64,000 bases of DNA from Chrysomallon squamiferum (taxonomy: Eukaryota; Animalia; Mollusca): contig CM022671.1 in assembly GCA_012295275.1 (NCBI GenBank), forward strand, positions 26,288,001 to 26,352,000, read 5' to 3'. Below the pieces are notes generated by a model. It was not told the DNA's origin. It saw nothing but the letters and a program-made list of their open reading frames with translations, and did not search any database. Of this stretch, positions 15,712 through 29,900 are shown piece after piece. The position numbers and the translations under genes are program-made. The first letter of the stretch is position 1. Every line of letters begins with the position of its first letter.

Positions 15712-15804
15712 GTAAGTTATCTGGTTGCATGGCATTATTTCCATGGATGCTGAATTTTACATGGAAGTAATACCATGGTTACTGTATTTTTACTCTTGTT
15801 GCAG
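15712..15804 (+). ncRNA. Candidate hairpin RNA (pre-miRNA- or mirtron-like) within a 93-nt GT-AG segment
   Basis: An 18-bp stem pairs 15728-15745 with 15760-15777 (one G:U, one mismatch) around a 14-nt loop. The segment starts GTAAGT and ends tttttactcttgttgcAG. Confidence 0.3.
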
Positions 15805-16131
15805 ATCTCTAGGATTTCATCCTTTATATTTAATTCTGGGATGGTTTGGGTGTGAGTTTAAGAAATAATATGAAATTTCTAAGATGTTTTTCTGTCTCTC
15901 TAAGTTGAATACAAAATGTTGGCACTTTAGTTAGATATCATTAGTCGAAAGGCTTTTAAAACACACATCAGTTTCAATCCTAAAGCATTTCAGCCTTTGA
16001 TCAATAAAATACAAATACAAATAATAATTATTATTATTAATATTATTATTATTCAGATAACTCAACAAATACATATAAGAAACACATTCAAATTTAGGTT
16101 TATTTCTGTAATTTAATTCAACATTTTTGGG

Positions 16132-16186
<55 letters not shown>
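16132..16186. repeat. (AAT)n microsatellite
   Basis: Perfect ATA run. Similar runs occur near 11965-12010, 44667-44720 and 51991-52037. Confidence 0.95.
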
Positions 16187-18768
16187 CCCATAATCTGCTC
16201 CAACAAAAAAAAAAAAAAAAAAGAAGAAGAAAAGAACAACACCCCATAAACAACCACAATGGACAACCTAAAACAACAACCTCCTATCATATAAGTATTA
16301 CTTGTATTTCAGAGTGAAGGAAAAGAGTTGAAATTCTAATTCCAAAGAGGAGTGTAATAGAACATATTTCATACTTATTTCAGCAGAATAGGCTGAACGT
16401 TATCCCCAGAGTTTTAATACAAGGAATTTCAATATAGAAGTATTAATTAAAAAAATATGCTTTCTGGCAGAAGCATAATCACTGAAACGATTCTTCATCT
16501 GTAATTAGGGAAAGCCATTCTTTCTTTCTGTGTTGAAAATGTACGAGATTATTACTATATGGAGTTTTTTAAAATTGTTTCTAAACAAGATGGAAATCAT
16601 TATTTTTATATAAAGAAATGGTAGCCAATAAAATGTTTAATCTAAACAACAGCAACAACAAAAAAGAACAAAATAGAAGATAAATATATATCTATATATA
16701 ATTTTGTTTTATTGATTAAAAAAAAAAAGAAAAAAGAAGAAGAAAAAAGCTCCCCACAAATGAACAACAATAAATAAATATAAAGAACTAATAATTAAAA
16801 ATAAATGAATCCCAAATTAAAATAGTTCCAAAATGCTTGATTTAGAATTAGCAGATATATTATGAGATATTAAAAAAATTCACATATACCATTAAATTCA
16901 TTTTAGTTCTCGTTATTGCATTAGATAAAATATACAAATGTTTTGTTCATTTTAAAAATACTTTTTCATTATTATTATTTTTTTTTTTATGTCTCAACTT
17001 AGTTAATTTACTAATTAAAAAAATAAATTAATAAATAAATAAAAATAACATCAATCTATCTATAGATAGAGATATGTAATGGACATCTGTATATATATAT
17101 ATATATATATATATAAATACACATACACACGTTTGTGTATGTATGTATGTATGTACGTATGTATGTATGTACATATATCTATAAACACACAGATACATAG
17201 ATATAGAATATTAAATATATATTTTTGTTTCAGTACTTGACCTCATTGGCCTACTTCGGTGGCTAAAATACACAGTTTTCAGATGTTAGCTTAGTGAAAA
17301 ATCTGCTCTTCTCATTAGCTTTCACACTTAGATGTATTTTGAGACAAACAGATAATCAACCCAGTTATGAAACTGACCTGGATAGAAATAAAAATAATTT
17401 CTAAGAGATAGGGTGTGCTGTTTTGCTTGCATGTCTATACACACTATCACTTGCATAGAAATACATATTTTCAGTATTGGATGTATAATTATCATTAGCA
17501 GGCTTGAGATAAATATTTCATTACTGGTCTTAGATAGCTAATAAATTATATTTAATTTGTTGGGTTTTTTGTTTAGTTAATTAAATTAGTTAGTTAATTA
17601 TAATAATAATAATAATAAATAAATAAACTAAATGAAAATGAAAATAAAAGTAAAATAAAAATATAATAATAAAAAATAAAAAATTAAGTAATAAGAATAA
17701 TAAAATTAATACACATTTAAGAAGTGATAATTAAGAATTATATGTTCCCTGTATAGAACGTCTATTTATGTTTAACTGGAAAATTAACAAATATGGTTAA
17801 GACAGTAATACTTCATGTATGTATCTGTGGTAATATGCATTTATTTTTATCCCATACAGTATTTTTCTTGCTCATCAAACCTGTTTTTAATATCAGTATT
17901 ATTAAGAAGAAAAAAAAAAAATATATATATATTTTGCTTGGCTTAAGAATGAAACTAAAAGTCCAAAACCTGAAGAAGACATCTCCATATGAAACCATTC
18001 CAAAAGTTAAAAAAAACAAATACAGTCATTAGCTATTGCTTACTGAAGGTTTATGAAATTCATTTTGTCTGCAATATTAACGATTTACCACTTTACTTTG
18101 TATTTGTTGTACCCTGTATCATTACTAGACATTTTATGTAAATATGTCTGTTATTTTAAGTGTGTTTAAAAATATCATTAACTGAATATTATCTAAATGA
18201 GAACCTGCAAATTAATTTGCAGGATGTGGCCATTCTCTGAATATTATTTCCAAAAAAAAAAATTTCTTTTTTTTTAAATTTAAATATTATGAAAGAACAC
18301 AAACATTCCAATAAAGAGAGAGAGAAAAAAAAAAAAATTAAAAGTATAATTATAAAAAAATAAAAATAAAAGAATGAATAAAAATAAAACCCCACAAAAA
18401 CATTCCAAAACAACATTCATTGACTAAACATAGGTTCTGCCAAATCGACAAAAATTTTAATTATAGTAAAGTATTGTACCAGATTGATGGAAATTAAAGA
18501 AATACATTCTGAATTCTGATATAACTATTATGGTCATTAATGGGTCAGTAATTCATTTTCTTACAGGTTTTAATTAGTTAAGTGCATTTTTACCAAACTG
18601 TATTGAAATTAAGAATATTAAAACTGTTTATATAATAAAATCATTTACAAGTAAAGCATTGATAAAATTTTTTTTGATGTGATGCCATTTAGCAACAGAT
18701 GAACCAGTATTTTTAAAACCTTATAATTTATTACTATTAATATTATTATTATTGTTGTTATTGTTATT

Positions 18769-18769
<1 letters not shown>

Positions 18770-18819
<50 letters not shown>
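18770..18819. repeat. (GTT)n microsatellite
   Basis: Directly visible. Confidence 0.95.
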
Positions 18820-19229
18820 AATTATCTCTATTTAAAATCTCTATAATTAAATGTTTGCATGAGAAATATAATTAATATTTTTTCTTTGTTCCATTTTTTT
18901 TTTTTTTTTTTGTTACATACTGGCATTTCAACAAATATTTCTACTAATTTCTTGGGTGTTTTTTTTCCTTTTTTTTTTTTAACTGTTATAAAAATAAACA
19001 TAATGAAGTCTCGGAACATTTATGCTGCTGGAAATGAAAAATTTAATCAACATTAGTTGTGCGTTGTTCTCACTCGGTGGAGCAATACCGTTTTGCATGG
19101 TAGTTTTGTTTTTCCTGATTTGTGTCAGATGTTGCGCTCATTTGGCTAATTAAACAGACTGATTTTTCATTAAAATGTGTATAATTATAAAATTGTATTT
19201 ATTAATAAATGCTGGTAAAATAACGAGGG

Positions 19230-19775
19230 TGAGATAAAGAAACTTCAGTGTATTGTCATAAAGTATTACATATTATTTAGTGCTGAATGAGATAAATTAC
19301 TGTATTTTTGACAAGGATGTAAAATCAGGGGATTTTTGAGGGTTCAAAGAATACGATTAGTAAATATATAAATTCATAAATGGACCATTACATTTATAAA
19401 TTTATATTCAGTTTGGTAGTATACTATCATAAATTATGTCACATTATTTAATGAAATAAAATATTATATTTCTGACATTTTAAAATAACTACATATTAGT
19501 AATGTATTGTTGTTGAGAAATGGGCAAAGCAGTGTATTAACATAATGGTACACTTTATTTAATACCGAACAGAATAAAATATTGCAAACTTTCAGTTCTG
19601 ACATTTTAGAATCAGACAGGCTTTTATTTATTTATTTTGTTAAAAAATTGTGATAGACGTAAATTTATAAAAGGGACATTGCATTGGTAATATAATTTTA
19701 CTGAGAAACAGATAAATCACTGTATTATCATAAATTATTTTATTTCATGCAGAATGAAACAAAATATTACAGCTT
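19230..19775. repeat. Old, diverged tandem repeat
   Basis: The motif chain tgtatt-tcataaa...gaa--aaatatt...ttctgacatttt recurs about four times. Confidence 0.5.
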
Positions 19776-21339
19776 GTATTTTTTGTTTGTTATTAATTAT
19801 ATATTTTTTTAATTTATTTTTTTAATTCCATAATTTAATTATTATATACATGATATAAATTTATGCACACAAAATTTCCTTGGCTGTGTAATGAAGTTAA
19901 TAAACATCAAGTCAGTAAATATCTTTTAATGTTGAAAAATATATATTTATGACTGATTGGATATAATCAGGCTTGTTTGTATTCAAAGATTTAATTATAT
20001 AATGTATAAATATGGTGTAAAAACTTTATTTTCTTGTTAGTATAATAAAATTGAATTGTTGTCTGTGATTACATAATATCATTTAATACTGAATACTATA
20101 TTGTAAATATATTGCTGGCCAATATTTTTGTAGTATATAAAAGATAAATTAATACGCAATGGGAGACAAAATCTTAAAATTTTTACTTTTTTGTGGTATG
20201 TAAGAGCTTCTGTTTGTATGTGAATAAAATGTGTAATTAATTGTATATGAATTTATTTTGTTGAATCTTTAACATTTTTATTTTTTTTATTTATAAATGT
20301 TTTTAGTTTTTTAAATAAAAAAAAAATTGTCTTCATTATTTGAAATTAAAAATAAGTAATTGAATAACTAGATTCAAACACATTTTTGAGAAATGAAATA
20401 GTTGTTTTTTTGGTTAATAATGTCTTACCTTCTAATAGCTTTTTTCCTCACCCATTTGTACTGTTGTGTGTTGGCATTCATTTTTAGAAGATTTCCTTCC
20501 AACTCACACATCGTTGTCTGATTAACAGAATCCACAATTGGCAATCACATAGTTTTATGCTTCAGTGTGATACCATCAACATTAGCTGTGTCATATTTTG
20601 TAGTTTCAGTTTCTTTTCTAAATTTTTTTTTTTTTTTTTTTTAAATTTTTGGGGGCATTTAGGTTTTAATGTTTCAAGTCCACCGTTTCACATCAAACTA
20701 TTCTCATCATAGAATCATCTGCCAGAGTTAATTAAGTTTTTGTTTTTTTATTTTTTTCAAAAAGCATCACTTTGCTGTCTGATGGATATATGTTGAAATA
20801 CCATCTTTTAAAATAAATATCTCGTATTACTATTGTATTTTTTAATCATTATTAAAAAAAAAAAAAGCAAAGAAGTTTGAAAGCCAAGAATACAATAACA
20901 TTAATACAATTTTTTTTTCTAAATCCTAACACATCCTGTAATGATAATTTCAGATGAAGCCTTGCTAATGTATTTTTTCTGTTTTTGCCTTGTGACTGAT
21001 TCAGAACTGAATTTCAAGTTGTAGGTTATATAAAGAAATATTCCAGATTGGTCAGTGGATTATAATATATTGCACTGCCTGTTGTCAACCTGTCACAAGT
21101 ATAGCAAAATGAAGTTTGTATTTGAAAAGATTGTGTTAGTGGAAAAAAAAAAAAAAAAGTTTTATATTTATGTCAACCTTCGTTTATTAAAAATACAACA
21201 GAAATAAAATTTCCATCTTTATGATTTTGATTTGTATTGATCTTGCTCCAGAATATTAATTTGTTGCTGATGTTTGCAGATGGTGCAGTGGCAAAGTTTG
21301 TAAATGCTGATGGTATGAGTTGCATGAGGGTTTGGATTA

Positions 21340-21880
21340 CAGCTACTTAGTGTATACAAGTATTGGTTGATTATTTCTGGTTATAGATACTGATGGTATA
21401 CTAGTATTGGTTATAGATACTAATTGTATACTAATACTGGGTTTTATTACTGGTTATACACACTGATGGTATATTAATACTGGTTATTACTGGTTATAGA
21501 TACTGATGGTATATTGGTACTGGTTATAGATACTGATGGTATATTTGTACTGGTTATTTATTACTGGTTATAGATACTTATAGTATACTGGTACTGGTTA
21601 TAGATACTGATAGATACTGGTGCTGGTTATTTATTACTGGTTATAGATACTGATGGTATACTGGTACTGGTTGTTACTGGTTATATATACTGATGGTATA
21701 CTAGTATTGGTTATAGATGCTAATGGTATATTAGTATGTGTTACAGATACTAATGGTATACTAGTATTGGTTATTTATTACTGGTCATATATGCTGATGG
21801 TATACTAGTATTGATTATTACTGGTTATATATATATACTGATGGTATACAAGTATTGGTTATTTATTACTGGTTATAAAC
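21340..21880. repeat. Minisatellite, ~30-bp unit with variable sub-units
   Basis: Repeated tactggttatagatactgatggtatactag. Confidence 0.92.
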
Positions 21881-23252
21881 AGATACTCTGATACATGGTA
21901 AACTTAGATACACACACACACACACACACAAGCAATCACACAAATGCACTGATTCACATTCGAATACACAGATACACACACATAATACACTTACTCACAC
22001 ATAATCACTCATACTCACTCACATTCACACACGTGCACACACGTACACTTATCTATCAGCAACCACTTACATAATTTAGGTTTGTATCTAGCAGAATGAA
22101 AATGTACATAGGGACAGTGATACGTTAAAAGAGGTTTTCAAGTTGAGGGTTATCATCTCATTGCTGCTATCATGTTTGTTTTTGGCAGATTGATAGCAAT
22201 AGAAGTCTGTATTAGTTTACTTAAGTGATAACAAGATAAAGTTTTTTACAGAGCTAATTCATTGATAAAAGTGCTGAAATATACAGATTTCTCATATTGC
22301 ACAAATTGTTTAGTCACTGGATAATTTTTTTTACACAAACATTTTTATAATAATTTACAACAAAAAAAAATCACAAAAGAATCAATCAGTTTCTTAGTCC
22401 ATTCTATGTAAATAGTTATGGTTGAAGAAAAAGAATGTGGTTAAAAATTTGGAAGCCAAAAAAGTTAAAGTGTAGATAACTAGTCTGTGGATATTATTGA
22501 TGAATGATGCCATTTTTTCCCTTTGAATCCACCTCTGATAAAGAAAGTTTTTCAAAACAGGAAAAAGAAGCTTATAAATCAATGGATGGCTTTGATACAT
22601 TGTCCTGTAACAAGTTGTCCTGAATAATCAGTCAGTAAATACAAAAGTGCACATATCTTGGAGAGAACGGTCAGAACTTTAGGACACAAACTCTAATACA
22701 GCCAAATCTTAACTAAACAGAGAAACAGAAGTAAATCCAAGTTAACATTTATTGTTAATTAGTAATATCAAACACAAACACACACACACACACACACACA
22801 TGAAAAGAATCCTCTATGAATCACTAAACATATGTCACATTATTTTTATACTTTATAATTAGCAAAGTTTTATCTCCAGCAACTAACAAGACCATTACCT
22901 GGTAGTGTGCAAAATGTATTTGGACTAAATCTTGGTACTGCCATAGTTACATCCTTTCTCTCTCTTACTATTATTATTACTTTTTTTTGGTTGCAGCTTT
23001 AAAAACCTGTAACATCATCTGTGGCTATCATAACAGATTATAAGTTATATCTTATAATGAGAGATGGGTCAAGTACATATTAAACACGTGGGTGATGTAC
23101 TAGAATACTCAAACATTATTAGAAGCTGTTACTAAACACTTTTCTGGAGAGGAATAGATGATATTGTTATGAATTGTAGATTACCGAGCTTAATAATGAT
23201 GATGATGATGATGACAATAATAATAATAAATGTAAACATAATATTTCTTTTT

Positions 23253-23287
<35 letters not shown>

Positions 23288-23719
23288 GATTAACTGCAAG
23301 AACTATTTTAATTTATCTTTATTCTGACATAATTAACATTCAAATATTGCTTCAAAATACAATTACTATCTTATACAGACTTACATTAATTAACTAACCC
23401 AGATTGTTTATATATATGTATTATTTTTTTTAAATTGATTTATTGCATTTATAGATTTTTCATCTTATGTTGCTGGGTACTGGAATACATGTTAATTTAT
23501 ATAATTTCTTGTGGATATTATTAGTATCAGAGAATCTGTTTTTGTTTTCCACTGCATTTGATTTCACCCAGGCTTTAGTGCTGTGCTTGTTTATGCCAGA
23601 AATTAACTAATTAAGTAATTACTTAGGGATTTATGGTCAGTGTAATTTGTGAAAAGCATTCAGTAATTTGTTTGACAAAATTAATAATTTCCAGGCAGAA
23701 CAAATTTCACCACTGCATC

Positions 23720-23880
23720 AGAATATTGCAAGTTTACATTTAGAATAGAATATTACAGATTTACCTGTTTACCTGTGGAAGAGAATATCTCAAATTTACA
23801 TTTGGAACCTTGTATTACATACATTTTTCATTTGGAATAAAATATTACAGAGTGATTTTGTTGGAGTAGAATATTGAATT
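23720..23880. repeat. Degenerate ~29-bp tandem repeat
   Basis: Repeated agaatattacagatttacatttggaat-like units. Confidence 0.65.
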
Positions 23881-25468
23881 TCAAACAGTCAAACATTATT
23901 TATAAAATCTTGCAGTATAATTTTTTTTTTATTGTTTTTTTTGTTCCATATTGAGTAAGTTTAAGTATGTTTTATTATTTATTTATTTATTTATTTTTCA
24001 TCTTGGTTATTCTGAATTTATTTTTTTTGTAAGAGATGTGTCACTTTTTAATCTTCTTTAACATTTAATAATAAAGAAAAAAACAACAGATTTTTAATAT
24101 GTGTACATAAACTATATATGAACACAGCCACAAACATAAAATGACATATAGAGTCATAAACGGACATTCATTTACATTTGATATTGATTATCCTCATTAT
24201 TTTTCCGCAAATAATGTCTATGTTAGTCTTCATATTTTCACATACATATAAATTTTGATTTGTAAAATGAGCTTGTCTGTTCCTTTTCTTGATTTAATGA
24301 CAAAGTATACATAAGGAAGCCACTAAATAGTTGTGTATGTAACATGATATCTAAATGACCAGTCTATCAGGAGGACAGGGAAATGAAGCTATTGGCAGTA
24401 GGAACTCACATGATTAATTCTGTGATGATATCCATAAGTTTGCACATTGTCTAAATATGTCGCTGATTGAATTTGTGACTTAGGATAAACTGCTTGAGTG
24501 AAAATAATTTAATAATCATATCACATCCATTTTCATCAAAATACAAATAATTGCAAAACTGAAGTTACTGAGAAAGAATAAATAACTTTTAGTTTTATAG
24601 CAAAATGTTTGGCTGAGCAAACGGCCTTTTCAAGTAATTTAATTTTTCTTCTAAGATAATTTATCAGAAGTGAAATCTGGCTTAATGAAAAGTGGATTTT
24701 ATCTTAAGTTACTCTTCAAAGTAAATGTTTTTTTCTTTAAGAGTCACATTCTTTTGATGTAGAAGATACACTGAAATTAGAACATGGTTGATTTATCTTC
24801 CGTAACAGTAAATACAAATGGAATAAAGTTTATATTAACCTTTTTATCATATGCGTGTGTGTGTGTGTGTGTGTATATATTTATATATATCTACTGGCAT
24901 CAAATGTAAGCTGTGCTAGAATACTTTTTTTAAAAATTTGGAGAATTAATCATTAAATAAAATACTTCTTCCGAAAATATTCAAAATTATTTACAAATTT
25001 TCAGGCAAAAAAACAATTTAAGATTTTATTTAATATCTTTACACTACTAGTATTTCAGTTTAGAAAAATGAACATATACAAACAAACAACCATTTAAAAT
25101 TTTACTTAAAATCTTTATGCTACTAGTCTTTCAGTTGAGAAAAAGGAAAATATGATAAAATAAATAATTAAATCTTTGTGCTTGTGTCTGTGCTGGACAT
25201 GCTTGAGATTAAGAAAAGATAATAATTCATGATTTTTTTCATGTTCAAATTCTTTTTAATTAAATGCAGAATAAATCTGCTTTATTTTTGTTACAATAAA
25301 ACTTGTGAATAATGTAATAAAAATTAAACAACAGCAATAGAATAAAAATAACAAAACAAGTGATAAAGACATAGGGCAGGATCTGGATTTTCTATAATGA
25401 ACTACCAATAATGACACATGGGATAATCGTGATTTTGTCATTTCCTTATTGGTGGCTTTTTACTGGTG

Positions 25469-25503
<35 letters not shown>

Positions 25504-25952
25504 ATATAAAATAAATAAACAACAGGAATTTTTTTTTTATTATTCTTTTATCAGTAACTACTCACACCAAAGTAGAAACTAATGTCTGCCATGAGGATAA
25601 TCCATTAATCTATTTTCCCTTGAAGTAAATTAGTAAATGATTACAAAATAAAGATAGTCTTGTAAGAAAAATTATTACTTAGTGACTGCAGTTATCTGAT
25701 TTCATTGCAGTAAAATAGGTGGATATGTAAATATGCCAGAAATAGTCTTATTTGTCTGTCCATAAAGATATCATTATTTCTATGGAATACACTGTATACT
25801 GAATGAATATTAATTTCTTCTTTCAAATATGTAAAAACAATAAGAAAAAAAAGAAGACCAAACAATTATCATAGAGCCATTAAAAATAATGGCAGATGCA
25901 AAACTATTGAATTTTCATCCTTTGCACAGAATTTCCAGATGAAGCTATTTTT

Positions 25953-26086
25953 AGTTACAGGACTAGTTATGGATTATTTGTTAAATTCTGAATATTTGAT
26001 CAAACACAAATATCAGTAAAGTACATGATAACCATTTGGTCCATTTCTTAAATTATTTTTAAAAACATTTTCTTCAATATTTTTAA

Positions 26087-26117
<31 letters not shown>

Positions 26118-26907
26118 TTTGTAAAAAATACCATTTAAACAAATTTATTAATCCATTTTTTTAGTTAACAGTTCCTATTCAGGTGATGATAATGTGTTTT
26201 GGAGTTTTAGCCTAGTCTTGGTACATTTTGGAAATCTGTATATTAAAATACTGAGAGGATTCACCAGATGTGGCAGACTGCTCAAATATGATATAAACTC
26301 TTCATAAACAAGCATGTGTTAATCAGATGCACTAACAGTTACAATAACACTGTGCTAACAAACACATGTCTGCATTTTAAGTCACTGACCATACATATTA
26401 AAATGATATTATAGGATGTTAAAAGACAATTTTGAATATAATTTTCATTTAAAGAAAACCAAAAAACAAAAACCATTATCATGATTTTATGTCGGATTAA
26501 TCAAACCAGTATGTTAAATCTAATATTTTTTTTTTTTGTATTGTTTAGGACAGCAGGATAAAAGAAATAATTGAGTTCTGTCTTAAGCAAGTTAAGGTAG
26601 CTTTATCCTGCTCAGGTCAAATGGTGAATACAGCTCAGCAAAACCTCATCATCGTAATCTTTACAAAGTTATCTTAAGACAGTAACCAGTTATTCCACAC
26701 TCACACATACATATGTAAAATTAAGAGTAGAAAACAGAATGTTTACTTGATTTTGACATGCTTACTTAATAAGAATTCATGAGTTTTATTCCATATTCAG
26801 CTTGATTCCTCAGCTTAATAATGTTTAAAAAAATTTAGACATAGAAAATTAGGGAGACTAATTCTATATTAAAATGAGAAAATTATCAACTTTGCTGTTT
26901 TACTGAG
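25953..26907. repeat. Segmental duplication, copy 1 of the non-satellite flank (~0.95 kb)
   Basis: Near-identical to 31262-32206 at an offset of about 5.3 kb; for example ttagttaacagttc-tattcaggtgatgat occurs at 26161 and 31451. Confidence 0.95.
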
Positions 26908-29900
26908 TAATTATATTGCTAATACATTCATGAATTAATTTCATTATTTCCTTTGAATAAAATAAAGATTTCCTAAATTATCATCTTCAATAATTCTGAC
27001 ATGGGCATTGTCATTTAATGACAGTAATTGTAATCATGGTAGAAGTAGATAATACCTGGGCATTGTGCTGCACTTGCATATGATTTAGCCAAGATTGTTA
27101 CATAACTTTGGTGTTCAATAACTGCTAGACCAACAGTCAGAATAGATGCTTATTAAGTACAAAAACAGTAAATTACAAATTAAGTATGACGTCCAAAAGA
27201 AGGTGTAGGTTTTTAAAGATATCTGCTTGAGGTGTATCTATCACTACTGAATGGGGATGTGAAAAAAATAATGAAAAAACTAAAAAATGACGTACCACAG
27301 TGAAAAACAGTGAAAAACAATCGTGAGGAGGCTAAAAATTGACGCAGCACAGTGAATAACTGTGAAAAAAATTGTGAGAAATTAAAAAATGATGCAGCAC
27401 AGTGAAAAACAGTGAAAAGAATTTGTGAGAAACTAAAAAGCGACATAGCACAGTGAATTATATTGCTAATACATTCATGACTTAATTTCATTATTTCCAT
27501 TGAATAAAATAAAGCTTTCATATAAAACTACATTTCTTACATTAGTTATGATGACACCTTTATTGTGAGTGGACATTTCCTAAATTATCATCTTCAATAA
27601 TTCTGACATGGGCATTGTCATTTAATGGCAGTAATTGTAATCATGGTAGAAGTAGATAATACCTGGGCATTGTGCTGCACTTGCATATGATTTAGCCAAG
27701 ATTGTTACAAAACTTTGGTGTTCAATAACTGCTAGACCAACAGTCAGAATAGATGCTTATTAAGTATGAAAGCAATAAATTACAAATTAAGTTTGAGGTC
27801 CAAAAGAAGGTTTGTTTGTTAAGATATCTGCTTGAGGTGTATCTATCACTACTGAATGGAGATGTGAAAAAAATAATGAAAAAACTAAAAAATGACGTAG
27901 CACAGTGAAAAACAGTGAAAAACAATCATGAGGAGGCTAAAAAATGACGCAGTACAGTGAATAACTGTGAAAAAAATTGTGAGAAATTAAAAAATGATGC
28001 AGCACAGTGAAAAACAGTGAAAAACAATCGTGAGGAGGCTAAAAAATGACGCAGTACAGTGAATAACTGTGAAAAAAATTGTGAGAAATTAAAAAATGAT
28101 GCAGTACAGTGAAAAACAGTGAAAAACAATCGTGAGGAGGCTAAAAAATGACGCAGTACAGTGAATAACTGTGAAAAAAATTGTGAGAAATTAAAAAATG
28201 ATGCAGCACAGTGAAAAACAGTGAAAAACAATCGTGAGGAGGCTAAAAAAATGACGAAAGTACAGTGAATAACTGTGAAAAAAAAATTGTGAGAAATTAA
28301 AAAAAATGATGCAGTACAGTGAAAAACAGTGAAAAACAATCGTGAGGAGGCTAAAAAATGACGCAGTACAGTGAATAACTGTGAAAAAAATTGTGAGAAA
28401 CTAAAAAATGATGCAGCACAGTGAAAAACAGTGAAAAGAATTTGTGAGAAACTAAAAAGCGACATAGCACAGTGAATTATATTGCTAATACATTCATGAA
28501 TTAATTTCATTAATTCCATTTAATAAAATAAAGCTTTCATATAAAACTACATTTCTTACATTACAGATAGTTATGATGACACCTTTATTATGAGTGGACA
28601 TTTCCTAAATTATCATTTTCAATAATTCTGACCTGGGCATTGTCATTTAATGGCAGCAATTGTAATCATGGTGGAAGTAGATAATACCTGGGCATTGTGC
28701 TGCACTTGCATATGATTTAGCCAAGATTGTTACATAATTTTGGTGTTCAATAACTGCTAGACCAACAGTCAGAGTAGATGCTTATTAAGTACAAAAGCAG
28801 TAAATTACAAATTAAGTATGATGTCCAAAAGAAGGTGAAGGTTTTTTTAAGATATCTGCTTGAGGTGTATCTTTCACTACTGAATGGAGATATGAAAAAA
28901 ATAATGAAAAAACTAAAAAAATGACATAGCACAGTGAAAAATAGTGAAAAACAATTGTGAAGAAGCTAAATAATGATGCAGCACAGTGAATAATTGTGAA
29001 AAAAAATTGTGAGTAACTAAAAAAAAATAACAGCACAGTGAAAAACAGTGAAAAAAAATTGTGAGAAACTAAAAAGCGACATAGCACAATGGATTATATT
29101 GCTAATACATTCATGAATTAATTTCATTATTTCCACTGAATAAAATAAAACTTTCATATAAAACTACATTTCTTACATTACAGATAATTATGCTGACACC
29201 TTTATTGTGAGTGGACATTTCCTAAATTATCATCTTCAATAATTCTGACATGGGCATTGTCATTTAATGGCAGCAATTGTAATCATGGTAGAAGTAGATA
29301 ATACCTGGGCATTGTATTAGACTGGGATATCTTATAGCCAAGATTGTTACATAACTTTGGTGTTCAGTAACTGCTAGACGAACAGTCAGAGTAGATGCGT
29401 ATTAAGTACAAAAGCAATAAATTACAAATTAAGTATGATGTCCAAAAGAAGGTGAATGTTTGTTAATATGTCTGTTTGAATGGAGATTTGAAAAAAATTC
29501 TGAAAAAACTAAAAAATGACGCAGCACAGTGAAAAACAGTGAAAAACAATTGTGAGGAAGCTAAAAAAAAAGACACAGCAGTGAAAAACTGAACAAAATT
29601 TGTGAGAAACTTAGCACAGTAAATTATATTGCTAATACATTCATGAATTAATTTCATTTAATCCATTGAATAAAATAAAGCTTCCATGTAAAACTACATT
29701 TCTTACATTACACATAATTATGATGACACCTTTATTGTGAGTGGACATTTCCTACATTATCATCTTCAATAATTCTGACATGGGCATTGTTATTTAATGG
29801 CAGTAATTGTAATCATGGTAGAAGTAGATAATAGCTGAGCATTGTACTGGACTGTTATTTAGCCAAGATTGTTACATAACTTTGGTGTTCAGTAACTGCT

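Noticed and set aside
15681-15851. Joining 15681-15711 to 15805-15851 gives 78 in-frame nt (DRSHVNVSHLISRISSFIFNSGMVW), superficially like the missing INTS13 exon (DSHVRML...)
   Set aside because: Similarity is limited to about three residues, the conserved HNK-containing helix is absent, and the upstream acceptor is weak.
20429-20517. Minus-strand exon-like segment ending in AAG|GTAAGA (TTMCELEGNLLKMNANTQQYKWVRKKAIR)
   Set aside because: Weak acceptor, no homology, and it cannot be chained with other candidates into a coherent gene; within chance expectation.
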